This document shows, piece after piece, positions 1 to 9,381 of a stretch of 64,000 nt of DNA (within the stretch, counting starts at the first letter, position 1; each line of letters opens with the position of its first letter). The notes beneath the pieces were generated by a model. The model was not told the origin of the DNA. It did no database searches and was given only the letters and a program-made list of their open reading frames with translations. The DNA is from Deltaproteobacteria bacterium (GTDB lineage Bacteria; Desulfobacterota; Desulfomonilia; UBA1062), in NCBI GenBank assembly GCA_018434685.1, contig JAHDOV010000004.1, positions 348,808-412,807 on the forward strand, written 5' to 3'. The translations under genes and the position numbers were made by a program.

Positions 1-886
1 AATTGGTGCACAGGGCAGCATCGACGGCGGCGAGGAAGTGGGGCGGGGCAAGGGAGACGCGTCCTCCATAACGGTTGATGGCCTTCATATAGTGGCAGCA
101 GCAGTCACAGCACGTGCAGATGGCATTGGGGCTCGACGGGGTGACGTTGGCGGACATGAAGACCAGGTTTCTTTCCCACCTTTGACGGACGATATCGTGC
201 ATCTCCTCCCTGCTCACGAGGCGGCCGCTGCCGCGCTCCACCGAAGATTGGGCGAAACTGCCGAATACGAGGCAGCCGTCTTGAGGGCCGGATCGCTCAC
301 ACTCGTGCCCGGCAAACAGGTGTGATTGCCTGCACTGGCAGACGTTGAGGACCCCGAGCTTGTCATGGGAGGCAATCATCTCGGAGATGAGATCGGAATC
401 GACAACCCGGCTCGTGTGCTCGACGGCGCTCTGGACCGGGATATTGCGGATGACGGGTGAAGGGGTGGTGCTGTAGCGGCGGGTATACCCGGTGTCAAAG
501 AGCGAGGTGATGAGCTGGCCGTACCTCCTGTGCCACGGGGAGTCGCTGCCGTCCATGAGCAGGTATTCGAACATGCCCGGAATGATCGGCAGCAGGCTGT
601 ATCTCTTCTCCGAGCAGAAGATGACCCGTCTTCGTGCCATGATATCGAGGAGATCTTGTATGTCTTGAATGTTCCGGCGTGCCCTGCGCGCGATCTTTTC
701 AAGGGAGCCGGGCAGATAGAAGGGCAGGTGCCGTGCCAGATCCGCCTCTTCCGGGCTGAAGAGGTGGCAGACCAGCTCTATGAGCTCTTCGCTCATGGGA
801 GGACCGAAGAGCCGCACAGAGGTAAAGATCCGTGCCAGTTCAATCTGTGCAGGATGTGCCTGCGTCATACTGCCGGGATTGTTCAC
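1..886 (-). CDS. Fe-S cluster-binding protein, N-terminal part (gene runs off window start; absent from ORF track because it has no in-window stop)
   Basis: Minus-strand frame open from 886 down to 1 (checked at 841-900 and 301-360). GTG start at 884-886 preceded by AAAGGAGG 6 nt upstream. Translation MNNPGSMTQAHPAQIELARIFTSVRLFGPPMSEELIELVCHLF... carries Cys clusters (NVCQCRQSHLFAGHECE; ICTCCDCCCHY). The ORFs listed at 38-325, 376-702 and 530-946 are in other frames and look spurious. Confidence 0.5.
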   Translation of the reverse strand, partial: MNNPGSMTQAHPAQIELARIFTSVRLFGPPMSEELIELVCHLFSPEEADLARHLPFYLPGSLEKIARRARRNIQDIQDLLDIMARRRVIFCSEKRYSLLPIIPGMFEYLLMDGSDSPWHRRYGQLITSLFDTGYTRRYSTTPSPVIRNIPVQSAVEHTSRVVDSDLISEMIASHDKLGVLNVCQCRQSHLFAGHECERSGPQDGCLVFGSFAQSSVERGSGRLVSREEMHDIVRQRWERNLVFMSANVTPSSPNAICTCCDCCCHYMKAINRYGGRVSLAPPHFLAAVDAALCTN

Positions 887-1036
887 GTGAGACCTCCTTT
901 TGCAGCCGATACACAAACGGTATTTATAGCAAATAATCTATTTTAAGCCTATTTTTTTCGGGAATCCGCGATTCACAGGGCACCCCTGCCATGACCCGAC
1001 ATGGTTATGGCACCCCCGCAGGTCTAACGAGTTGTG

Positions 1037-2101
1037 CTACGGTACCTCGAGGATGATCTTGACCTCCTTTGAGCTGCCGGAAGCGAGGAGTTCAAAGGAT
1101 GCCTGTACGTCCGTAAGCGGTATGGTCCTGCCGGCAAGATATCCAACGCTCAGGGTTTTGTCTGCAATACTCTTCATGGCCTGATCGAATTCCTCTATGG
1201 TATACCCCAGACCTGCCTTCAGTTCGATCTCCTTGATAATGAGCAGCAGGGTAATAATTGACTGGGGATGAAAGTTGATCCCGGCCAGGACCAGCCTACC
1301 CCGGGTTTTCAGAGCTGCCAGCGCGGTGTTGATGCCGGCATCCGAGGCAGAGGTCTCTATGGCGATATCGAAACTGCCCTGGGTGGCCTTCTTCATCTTT
1401 GAGATGAGATGGGGATCGCCTGCATCGAAGAGGGCATCTGTATTTAGGAACTCGCCGGCAAATGTCCTGCGGTGTGGATTGCTCTCGCTCAACACTATGG
1501 ATGAAGCGCCCTGTATTTTCGCCCACGCAGCACAGAGAAGGCCGATCGTCCCTGCTCCTATGACGAGGACGCGGTCTCCGGGCTTTACGCCTGCCTGGTG
1601 CGCGACATGGAGCGCGACAGAGGATGGTTCGATCAAACAGGCCTCAATGTCATCGATAGTATCCGGGAGCCTTCTCACCATGTCAGGACGTAATCTCAGA
1701 TACTGTGCAAATGCCCCGGGGCTGTTGTTGCCCGGAATGGCGCGCGTCAACCCCCGTGAACACAGATTCGGATGACCGGTGGTGCAGGGCGTGCACTCGC
1801 CGCAGGGGTCGAGAGGAAGGGCTGTCACGCGATCTCCGGGACAGAGGTCGTTCCTGCTTCCCGGGTCTACTACCCGGCCGCAGAATTCGTGACCGAGAAT
1901 AAGACCCTGTTTCCCGCACATGTCAAGACCGGTTTTCCAGTAATGCAGATCCGATCCACAGATCCCGCAGGCGCTCACGGAGATGATGACGCCGTGCCCG
2001 TCACGAGCCGGGGTATCTGTGTCCATGAGCTCCAGATGCCTTGCTGCGGTGAGTTTCACGGCACGCATCAAAAGCTCTGTTCTTCCTGTTCTTTTGAGCA
2101 T
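1037..2101 (-). CDS. Zn-dependent alcohol dehydrogenase (MDR superfamily; threonine/sorbitol dehydrogenase-like)
   Basis: 354 aa with a GHEFCG catalytic-Zn motif, a structural-Zn Cys cluster CGECTPCTTGHPNLC and a Rossmann motif VLVIGAGTIG. Confidence 0.8.
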   Translation of the reverse strand: MLKRTGRTELLMRAVKLTAARHLELMDTDTPARDGHGVIISVSACGICGSDLHYWKTGLDMCGKQGLILGHEFCGRVVDPGSRNDLCPGDRVTALPLDPCGECTPCTTGHPNLCSRGLTRAIPGNNSPGAFAQYLRLRPDMVRRLPDTIDDIEACLIEPSSVALHVAHQAGVKPGDRVLVIGAGTIGLLCAAWAKIQGASSIVLSESNPHRRTFAGEFLNTDALFDAGDPHLISKMKKATQGSFDIAIETSASDAGINTALAALKTRGRLVLAGINFHPQSIITLLLIIKEIELKAGLGYTIEEFDQAMKSIADKTLSVGYLAGRTIPLTDVQASFELLASGSSKEVKIILEVP

Positions 2102-2105
2102 GGGA

Positions 2106-4202
2106 TCAATCCTTCGCGAATTTTTCGATCCGGCACAACAGGGCTTTTATGGGCACGGAGCCGGTCACCGGGCACAAAGGCTCGTCGTTGGTGATCATGT
2201 TGATGTTGAGTCTCTGCCAGCCATCTTTCACACCGTACCAGTACCCGTGCGGGGCGTGTACCACCCCGGGATTGATATCACTGAAATACCGGGCCCTGAT
2301 CTCCACCCGGCCCCGGGGCGAGGAGAGGTATACCCATTCCCCGTCTTTGACGCCGAGAGATCTGGCGGTTTGCGGGTGGATCTGGAGTTCCGGGTCCGGG
2401 GATCGTTTCTTTAAAGAGGCAATGTTGCGGTGAGACGAATGGTAGTACACGATGTTTCTGCCGCCGGTGGTCAGAATCAGGGGATATTCCTTGAAGAGTT
2501 CCGGACTGCTTGCCGGTCCCTCGTCCGGCTCCCTGAACTCGGGCAGTGCCGGTATGCCGAGCATGGCGAGGTATTCGGCGCAGAGCTCCACCTTGCCGGA
2601 CGGGGTGCGGAATTTGCCGTATTTCTCATACCCCCTGTAGGTAAGGGGCGCAGCGGAATGACCTATTTGCTTCAACTCTTCAAAGGTCATGCCGAGGGGT
2701 TCGAGCCGGTAGTCCAGGGTTTCACGAACCGAGCCCCAGTAGCCCTCCAGCCCCATTTTCCTGGCAAGATCGCAGATGATCTGTTTCTCGTCCCTGCAGA
2801 CAGGCACCGGATCGAGGGCCTTTACCTGAGCGAACACGTGGTTCCTCATGAGCAGGTCTTCGATCTCATCACGCTCGGTCCAGTGCGCGGGCGGCAGGAT
2901 GACATCTGCAAGCTCCGTGGTGGGCGTGTGGTAGTAGTCCACGGCAAAGAGAAAATCGAGCTTGCTCAGCACTGTTCTCACCCTGGCGGAGTTCGGGTAT
3001 GCGCACACGCTGTTGTTGGCAAAGAGGCCGACAGCCTTGACCGGGTAGGGTGTGCCCGTTTCTATTGCAGGCCAGACCACTTGGGGCGGGCAGGGGATGG
3101 GGATGTGGCCGAAGAGCGGAAAGCGCTCGAGCCCCAGCATCTTGCCGGCCTGCTCTCTCGGCAGGTTGAGGTAGGCACTGTAGTCCGGGCCGTAGCACGA
3201 TCGCTTCTTTGTCGGAGGCACACAGTTGAGGTTGCCCCCCCTGGCCTCGAGATTGCCGGTAATGGCCGAGAGGATGGTGAGCCCCCTGGTGAGGTCAAAG
3301 GCATCGTTTGCCTGGCACACGCCCCCCATACCGGGACCGATGCTCGCAGGGCTGCTTCCGGCAAAGGCAATGGCTGCAGACTCGATGTCATCGGCACTCA
3401 GCCAGGTGATCTCGGCACAGCGTTTCGGGGTGTAGGAGGAGACGTGCTCTTTGAGCTTGTCAAATCCGGTGGTCCAGTTTTCCACAAACTCGTGATCGTA
3501 GAGATTGTTTTGGATGATCACATTGATAAAGCACAGCAGCAGGGCCACGTCGGTCCCCGGTCTGATCTTCAGCCAGTGGTCGGCCTTCTTTGCCAGAGGT
3601 GTACCCCGGGGATCCACGACGATGAGTTTTGCCCCGGCTTTCAGGCCCTCTTTGAGGTCATGCAGGTACAGGCCCGGCCAGGACGCCTCGGGATTGTGCG
3701 CCCACAGGAGGATGCACGTGCTGTTGGCAAAATCCGGATCCACAAGGCCGAACCCGCAGGTGGCAGCGCTTCCCAGGACGATGGGCCCGCCGCTCATGTT
3801 TGACGGGGCCATGAAGTTGGGCGACCCGAAGAGCGTCAGGAACCGGTTGAGGTAGGGGGCCATGCCCCTGGTTGTCCCGGTGCCGAATACCACGGACTCG
3901 GCGCCCCATTTCTCCCTGCTGTCAAGCAAACGCTCGGCAATGATATCCAGGGCATTGTCCCACGAGGTCGCGTCAAACCGTGCACCCCCCTTGCCCCCCA
4001 CCTTTACCAGCGGCGTGGTGATCCTGTCCGGGTGGTAGATCATCTCGGCTGCTGCCCTGCCTTTCGGGCAGGTATAGCCATGGCTGTGGGGGTGGTCCGG
4101 GTCACCCTTGACCGTGGTGAGCCTCCCGTCGTTGACCTCGAGAATGACGCCGCACCGGCTGTGACATTCAAAACAGATGCTCCTGGTTCTGGTTGAGCTC
4201 AT
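2106..4202 (-). CDS. molybdopterin-dependent oxidoreductase, DMSO reductase (MopB) family, cytoplasmic (no Tat signal)
   Basis: 698 aa. N-terminal 4Fe-4S motif C-x2-C-x3-C...C (SICFECHSRCGV...GYTCPKG) and length/domain order typical of MopB catalytic subunits. No twin-arginine signal. Confidence 0.8.
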   Translation of the reverse strand: MSSTRTRSICFECHSRCGVILEVNDGRLTTVKGDPDHPHSHGYTCPKGRAAAEMIYHPDRITTPLVKVGGKGGARFDATSWDNALDIIAERLLDSREKWGAESVVFGTGTTRGMAPYLNRFLTLFGSPNFMAPSNMSGGPIVLGSAATCGFGLVDPDFANSTCILLWAHNPEASWPGLYLHDLKEGLKAGAKLIVVDPRGTPLAKKADHWLKIRPGTDVALLLCFINVIIQNNLYDHEFVENWTTGFDKLKEHVSSYTPKRCAEITWLSADDIESAAIAFAGSSPASIGPGMGGVCQANDAFDLTRGLTILSAITGNLEARGGNLNCVPPTKKRSCYGPDYSAYLNLPREQAGKMLGLERFPLFGHIPIPCPPQVVWPAIETGTPYPVKAVGLFANNSVCAYPNSARVRTVLSKLDFLFAVDYYHTPTTELADVILPPAHWTERDEIEDLLMRNHVFAQVKALDPVPVCRDEKQIICDLARKMGLEGYWGSVRETLDYRLEPLGMTFEELKQIGHSAAPLTYRGYEKYGKFRTPSGKVELCAEYLAMLGIPALPEFREPDEGPASSPELFKEYPLILTTGGRNIVYYHSSHRNIASLKKRSPDPELQIHPQTARSLGVKDGEWVYLSSPRGRVEIRARYFSDINPGVVHAPHGYWYGVKDGWQRLNINMITNDEPLCPVTGSVPIKALLCRIEKFAKD

Positions 4203-4313
4203 AGTGTACCCTCCGTGAAACTGTTACAATGTTCAGCGGCCATAGTGAGGCACGCAAACTATCCAAGGATGTATTGCATACTGAAATCTAATACAACCGG
4301 GTGCTCTCGGGGT

Positions 4314-5123
4314 TCATTGTCCCTGGCCTTTTCCGGGTTCCCTGCGGCGGTTCGGGTTTGCAGGCAGAAGGGATATGCGCGCACGGTGTCTGCGCGTCTG
4401 CTCACAGAGGTAGGATCGATAACGCCGGGCAAGGTCCTCCGGGGTGACCCGTCCGGCCATGACGTCCTGGAGCAGGGTTCGCTGGGTGATGACATGTTCA
4501 TGCACAGCGATGGTGTTGAAGAAGGCTGCGCTGAACATCACGCGAAACCGCCGCATCGAGTTGGCGAACAACCGCAGGATCGTGCTGCCGGCAAGCTTCA
4601 CGATCTCGTCCTGGATCTGCACCTCGATCCCTGCCAGTTCCTGGTTGCTTGCACCCTGGTTCAGCAGATCGAGCTGCCGTACAAAAAGCCGGTCGATGGC
4701 GGCAAGGTCTGAGGGTGTGGAGCGGATGAGTGCCCCCTTCACGATGGCAGGCATGACGTCAATCCAGTGATCGAGGAGCTCGAGATTGAAGGCGCTGCCG
4801 AGATCGATTTCCGGCATGTCGAAGACGGCATCGAGAAAATCAAGGCCGGCATGTTCCCGGTAGTCGAGAACAACGACGCCTGATCCCCGAACGGCACGGA
4901 CGATATTCCTGCCTGCCAGTTCACCCAGGGCCGATCTGAGAGACGTCCGGTCCACACCGAGCTGCGCCGCAAGGACCCGGTCCGGGGGGAGCCGGTCGCC
5001 TGGGTTGAGTTCCCCGAGGAAGATGCGGGCCATGAGGGTCCGGGCAATCCGCCTGGGAAGAGGCATCTCGCCTTGTGTTGGGGCGGTGCTCACAGAGGTG
5101 TCTTGGTGGATAGCTTTAACCAT
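4314..5123 (-). CDS. GntR/FadR-family transcriptional regulator (true start probably the internal ATG near 5066)
   Basis: wHTH RIARTLMARIFLGELNPGDRLPPDRVLAAQLGVDRTSLRSAL followed by an FCD-like helical domain. The ORF tail reads into intergenic sequence. Confidence 0.65.
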   Translation of the reverse strand: MVKAIHQDTSVSTAPTQGEMPLPRRIARTLMARIFLGELNPGDRLPPDRVLAAQLGVDRTSLRSALGELAGRNIVRAVRGSGVVVLDYREHAGLDFLDAVFDMPEIDLGSAFNLELLDHWIDVMPAIVKGALIRSTPSDLAAIDRLFVRQLDLLNQGASNQELAGIEVQIQDEIVKLAGSTILRLFANSMRRFRVMFSAAFFNTIAVHEHVITQRTLLQDVMAGRVTPEDLARRYRSYLCEQTRRHRARISLLPANPNRRREPGKGQGQ

Positions 5124-5200
5124 ATAATTGGATAGTCCAATAAATGCAGGGACGTGTCAAGCAATAACTGCAGGGTCTGATCCCTGAGAGATTGTATCGA

Positions 5201-5767
5201 TCAGAGATCGAATCCCAGGCGGACCATCATGGTGATCATGTCGCCGTCGAGCACCTCATCCTCAAACACATGGTGGTAGCGTACATCGATTCCCAGGTAC
5301 ATGTTGTCTCTCAGGAGGAAGTTCATCCCGGCGCAGCCATAGATGCCCGATTCCCCGTCTGCCTCATCTCTCGGCGTGCCGGGCTGTGCCTCGGGTTCGT
5401 ACTTGAGATCGATAGAATAGATGCCGAACCCCCCTCCGGCGTAGAGTTCGACATTTTTTCCCACCGCGGTGGAGAATTGAGGGCCGAACGTGAATGAGAG
5501 GATCTTGATGGTATAGTCGCCGGGGTCTTCGACCTCGTCATCATGGCTGGAGTAGAAGAGGGCGGCATCCAGGCGCACAGTACTGTTTACCCGGTATCCT
5601 CCGAACAAACCCCAGGATATGCCGTCATCAACTTTGTCTGCGGAATCACCGGTCAGCAGGGCCTGGCCGAGCTGGGCACCGATATACCAGTTCTGTGCCG
5701 CCGCGATTGCAGGCGAACCCGGCAAAAGCAAGGCACCTACGAGGAGCACCATCACTGCCTTCATCAT
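5201..5767 (-). CDS. outer-membrane beta-barrel protein (OmpW/OmpA-like small barrel)
   Basis: Start MMKAVMVLLVGALLLPGSPAIAAAQ is a signal peptide with AAGGGGGATAAC-ATG RBS. Alternating beta-strand pattern and C-terminal MVRLGFDL. Confidence 0.6.
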   Translation of the reverse strand: MMKAVMVLLVGALLLPGSPAIAAAQNWYIGAQLGQALLTGDSADKVDDGISWGLFGGYRVNSTVRLDAALFYSSHDDEVEDPGDYTIKILSFTFGPQFSTAVGKNVELYAGGGFGIYSIDLKYEPEAQPGTPRDEADGESGIYGCAGMNFLLRDNMYLGIDVRYHHVFEDEVLDGDMITMMVRLGFDL

Positions 5768-5862
5768 GTTATCCCCCCTTTGCCTGAAAGAAAAACGGGC
5801 TGTGCCACAGGGGATCATAGGGTACCCGGTTCTCGAAGCAGGCAGGACCCGGTCGATGCGAA

Positions 5863-7488
5863 TCAGTTGCTCTGCAAAGGTTTATCATCTTCGGGTCCCG
5901 GTTCGAACACAGCCAGGTATGCCTTCTTACTCCCCACCGTCTCCTCCAGCCGGATATCTAGACGGCCCTTGCTCCGCAGCTCTGCTATTCCACGCCCCTT
6001 TCGTGTATCGATCCATGCGTACAGTCCCGGTGCGAGTTCCCGGTCTGCCCTTGTTACGGTATAGCGTTTCCCCGATACCATGGGGAAGAGGCCTTCGAGG
6101 ATCTCGTCTTCTCCCAGGTAAATAATAATGTCATCTCCCCTGGCAGAAGCAAGGGCTTCATGGGTATAGGCGAGGTAGTCCTCTTTGGGCTTCATGTAGC
6201 TGAAGTACACGCTCATCGTTGTGGAAAGCCCGATGCATATCAAGAGGACAAGGGGGAGCATGGAGCTTGCCTGGAAGATTACTGTGCGTCTCCAGACAAC
6301 GAGGAGAAAGGCTGTGGACAGGGCACCCATGATAAGTCCGAGCGTTGTCCTGTCCAGGAATATCCCGGCGAACGGGGCGAAACACCCGGCTACGGCAAGT
6401 GCCCAGGTAGCCTTGAAAAGGATCAGTTCCCAGGTCTTTTTTGCTCCGGCCTGCATCCAGTGGGCGATCATGCAGGCCATGACCGGATACAGGGGGGCGA
6501 GATATACCGAACGTTTTGTCGAGGAGATGCTCAGGAGGATAAGCGGTGCCATGAACAGGATGGCATACGGGTCTGTCCGGATGTTTTTCACTGAAAAGAC
6601 AAAAGCAGGGATAAAGACGAGCGTCCAGGGGATGAGGTTCCTGGGCAGGCTCTGCAGGTAATAGAAAAACCCGTGCTGGTGTCCCAGTGCGGCACCCTCG
6701 GGGGAACCGAGAAAGCGCATGAGATTGTTTACGACCAGGACCTCCCTCACAAAGGGCCACCCGCCCTGGAAATAGAGTGCAGCAGTCCAGGGGAGCATGG
6801 CCAGGCAGAAGAACAATACGATGGTGGCGGGGTTCAGCCCCCGGAGCAGAGTATAATCGCGCCTCAACAGCATGTCTCCTGCGATCATCGCAGCGAGGAT
6901 GGCCGGCCCGACAAAACCCTTGGCCATGAAGGAAAGCCCGATGGCAGAGCCGAGGATGAGCGCATCCAGGGATGAACCGCTCTGTTTGAGCCTCAGGTAA
7001 GCATAGAGGGAAAAAGTCACGGCAAAGGTCAGCGCGCTGTCCACCTGTATCCATCTGGACACCATGAAGAACTGCCAGGAGCTCGCCAGGACCCCCGCAG
7101 CAATGAGGCCAGCCATGATGCCGGACCTCCTCCTGACTATGGCAAAGGTGGTACACAGGGTGAGCAGTCCGAATACGACCGATACCAGGCGGTATGAGGC
7201 CTCATTCTCCGGGCCGATCACCATGCCGGAAAGCGCACCCGCGGCATAGTAGAGCGGGGGTTTTTCGAGGAACGGCTCCCCGTTGAGACGAGGGACGACA
7301 AAGTCCTTCGTGCGTGACATCTCTGCGCTGATGCCTGCCACAAGGGGCTCATCCGGCTTCCAGATGCCGTGGTTGAAGCCGGGCAGCAACGTTAGAGCGA
7401 TCACGACCACGGTAAGGAATATCCATCCTGAGGGAATGACATATCCGGGCATTTCACCAGTAGTTGATTTCATAGAGAGCCCTCTCAA
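5863..7488 (-). CDS. ArnT/PMT-like polytopic membrane glycosyltransferase (GT83/GT39 family)
   Basis: 541 aa with more than 10 predicted TM helices. Periplasmic loop DEP...ISAEM near the N-terminus and PMT_2-like hydrophobic core. Confidence 0.65.
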   Translation of the reverse strand: MRGLSMKSTTGEMPGYVIPSGWIFLTVVVIALTLLPGFNHGIWKPDEPLVAGISAEMSRTKDFVVPRLNGEPFLEKPPLYYAAGALSGMVIGPENEASYRLVSVVFGLLTLCTTFAIVRRRSGIMAGLIAAGVLASSWQFFMVSRWIQVDSALTFAVTFSLYAYLRLKQSGSSLDALILGSAIGLSFMAKGFVGPAILAAMIAGDMLLRRDYTLLRGLNPATIVLFFCLAMLPWTAALYFQGGWPFVREVLVVNNLMRFLGSPEGAALGHQHGFFYYLQSLPRNLIPWTLVFIPAFVFSVKNIRTDPYAILFMAPLILLSISSTKRSVYLAPLYPVMACMIAHWMQAGAKKTWELILFKATWALAVAGCFAPFAGIFLDRTTLGLIMGALSTAFLLVVWRRTVIFQASSMLPLVLLICIGLSTTMSVYFSYMKPKEDYLAYTHEALASARGDDIIIYLGEDEILEGLFPMVSGKRYTVTRADRELAPGLYAWIDTRKGRGIAELRSKGRLDIRLEETVGSKKAYLAVFEPGPEDDKPLQSN

Positions 7489-7747
7489 TGATTTTATACT
7501 CCTGCTCGGGGAGAGTTATCAATACACAAACCACAGTGTAGTCCATGGTCATTGCCGGTGTCACTGTCGTCCCAGAACCATGAGGACCCACTCCTCATTG
7601 CCTGTTATGGCTGTCGGTACCAGGGAAAATCCGGCAAGGGTTTCTAAGAGCTGCCGAGTATCACTGGCGCTGATCATGAACACCAGGCGGTCTCTGGTAG
7701 TGTCTGCGAGAAACCGCGAAGAGGCAAGGGTCCCCTGCGGGACAGTT

Positions 7748-8080
7748 TCATCGTGGAGCAGGTACTTTATTCAGAGCCCTCAACAAATGGCACAGGGCAA
7801 GGACAGGATGACGGCGAATGATCCGGGGGCCGGAGTATTTCATCACGCATCGTATCTTTTCCCTCATGACGGGGTTATAGCAATGCACCGGGCACCTGGA
7901 GCACACCGGTTTGTTTTTCCACAACGGGCATTTCTCAAGACGGGTGCGCGCATACTCGAGCAGGGTTGTGCACTCCGGGCAGAGCCCGGTTGTGCGGAGG
8001 TGGTTATCATGACAGTACAGGGATAGCATGGCTTCAAGGGTACGCCACTCTCGGTTCATGTTCAAAGACATAAGTGCCAT
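7748..8080 (-). CDS. YgbA-family (nitrous oxide-stimulated promoter family) Cys-rich protein
   Basis: Internal start MALMSLNMNREWRTLEAMLSLYCHDNH...LCPECTTLLEYARTRLEKCPLWKNKPVCSRCPVHCYNPVMREKIRCVMKYSGPRIIRRHPVLALCHL matches the roughly 110-aa YgbA family pattern. The upstream part of the listed 150-aa ORF is probably untranslated. Confidence 0.6.
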   Translation of the reverse strand: MALMSLNMNREWRTLEAMLSLYCHDNHLRTTGLCPECTTLLEYARTRLEKCPLWKNKPVCSRCPVHCYNPVMREKIRCVMKYSGPRIIRRHPVLALCHLLRALNKVPAPR

Positions 8081-8123
8081 TCTACCGTAAGAACATACCA
8101 ATTGGATACTGCCCAATGCGTGA

Positions 8124-9071
8124 TCAGGTTGTCCCCGTGAGGGGAGCATGCGGCATGTGACAGGCGTGCAGCTCTCTGGCAACCTGGTGTTCGATGTCAT
8201 TGATGAATCGATGCAGGCTTTCTATGCCGATGAGCGGCATTTTTGAATACGGGAAATTCAGCATGGGGAACGCTGCATAGGCAGTATCGGTTTGCGGGGA
8301 TGGACACAGGGGCTGCATCTTGTTGTGAACGATACAATGGATGCGGATATCGATGGCACTGAGCTCATCCAGGATGCGCCGGGACTCGGCATGGGACAAC
8401 TGATCGGAATTCATCACCAGGTGTATCCTGGTGCGGGTCCTGTCTTGAAAGATCTCTTTGACCTCCTGGCATTCATCACGCAGTTCATCGATTTTGAGCA
8501 GGATCTTGTCCCGCTCCACCTCTTTGTTCATCATTTTGATCCTGGTGATGAGCTCTTTTTTCCGGATGATTTCCGTGCGGAGGGCCGAGAGCTGCTCTAT
8601 CCAGATCAAAGACAGCGTTGGCAGGGCAAAAAACTTCAAGGCCAGGGCCGTGGGAGGCATATCGAAGATCAGATAATCGACCCCGGAATACTTTTCCTGG
8701 AAATACCTGAAGGCCATGAGCAGGGCATATTCCTCCAGCCCGGGGGAATGACGCAGGACCTTGAAATAGTGGTCCAGATTGAAGGCGCTCAGATACGAGT
8801 ACGTGTTTCTGACCTGGTGCTGGACATCCTTGAGATATGCCCTGATCCACCGGTCCTGGTCGATCTCGAGTGCCTTGAGCCCCGGCAGGATTTTTGTGGG
8901 CCTGTGGGTGAGCTTCATGCCGAAGATGTCGGAGAGATTGTGGGCCGGGTCCAGGGAGACCAGCAGGACATTGCAGGCGTTTTGAGCCAGGAAAACAGCA
9001 TTGAGCGAAGCCGATGTCGATTTTCCAACACCGCCCTTGCCCATGAAGAACAGGTTTGCGGCATGGCCCAT
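8124..9071 (-). CDS. ArsA/GET3-family anion-transporting ATPase, single-domain
   Basis: P-loop FFMGKGGVGKST, ArsA-type DPAHNLSD motif, 315 aa from ATG 9069-9071. The start overlaps the stop of the upstream 98-aa ORF (TAACATGG). Confidence 0.7.
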   Translation of the reverse strand: MGHAANLFFMGKGGVGKSTSASLNAVFLAQNACNVLLVSLDPAHNLSDIFGMKLTHRPTKILPGLKALEIDQDRWIRAYLKDVQHQVRNTYSYLSAFNLDHYFKVLRHSPGLEEYALLMAFRYFQEKYSGVDYLIFDMPPTALALKFFALPTLSLIWIEQLSALRTEIIRKKELITRIKMMNKEVERDKILLKIDELRDECQEVKEIFQDRTRTRIHLVMNSDQLSHAESRRILDELSAIDIRIHCIVHNKMQPLCPSPQTDTAYAAFPMLNFPYSKMPLIGIESLHRFINDIEHQVARELHACHMPHAPLTGTT

Positions 9072-9072
9072 G

Positions 9073-9369
9073 TTATCCGATCTCCAGTGCCGAAAAGAGT
9101 TCTGACAGGGGCTCATGGGCGGTATCAACCTTTTCCATCATGAGGAGAAGTTCTCTTTCCATCACGGGCATCAGGTTCAGCGAGATGTGCACCGGAGGTG
9201 AAGGCATGCCCACAAAGGATCCCAGTACCAGGAGGCCGAAGATATGCTCCAGTTCCTCCAGCTCGATCTCGATGGTCTTGACGGCCCGGCCCCGGAATAC
9301 CTCCGATGTCGTCAGCGCGAATGAAAGCAGTTTTTTTCTCAAGAAATCCGCCATGGATTGAATGCTCAT
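9073..9369 (-). CDS. small hypothetical protein (98 aa), translationally coupled to the ArsA-like ATPase
   Basis: RBS GAGGAAAGG before ATG 9369. Stop TAA lies immediately before the ArsA-like ATG. No Cys, so not ArsD-like. Confidence 0.5.
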   Translation of the reverse strand: MSIQSMADFLRKKLLSFALTTSEVFRGRAVKTIEIELEELEHIFGLLVLGSFVGMPSPPVHISLNLMPVMERELLLMMEKVDTAHEPLSELFSALEIG

Positions 9370-9381
9370 CGTGGCCTTTCC

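Noticed and set aside
38-946. ORF-track entries 38-325 (+), 376-702 (-) and 530-946 (+).
   Set aside because: A single minus-strand frame is open from 886 to the window start, with a good RBS/GTG start and Fe-S-like Cys clusters. These three ORFs are in other frames over the same DNA.
2430-3803. 457-aa plus-strand ORF, and similar long ORFs at 16073-17308, 20104-21249, 23510-24772, 25455-26453, 33088-34623, 36508-38037, 43920-45086, 14932-15789 and 6158-7156.
   Set aside because: Each lies antisense to, or out of frame with, a gene that has clear family motifs. High GC suppresses stop codons in non-coding frames. The translations are low-complexity Arg/Gly/Pro-rich with no recognisable motifs.
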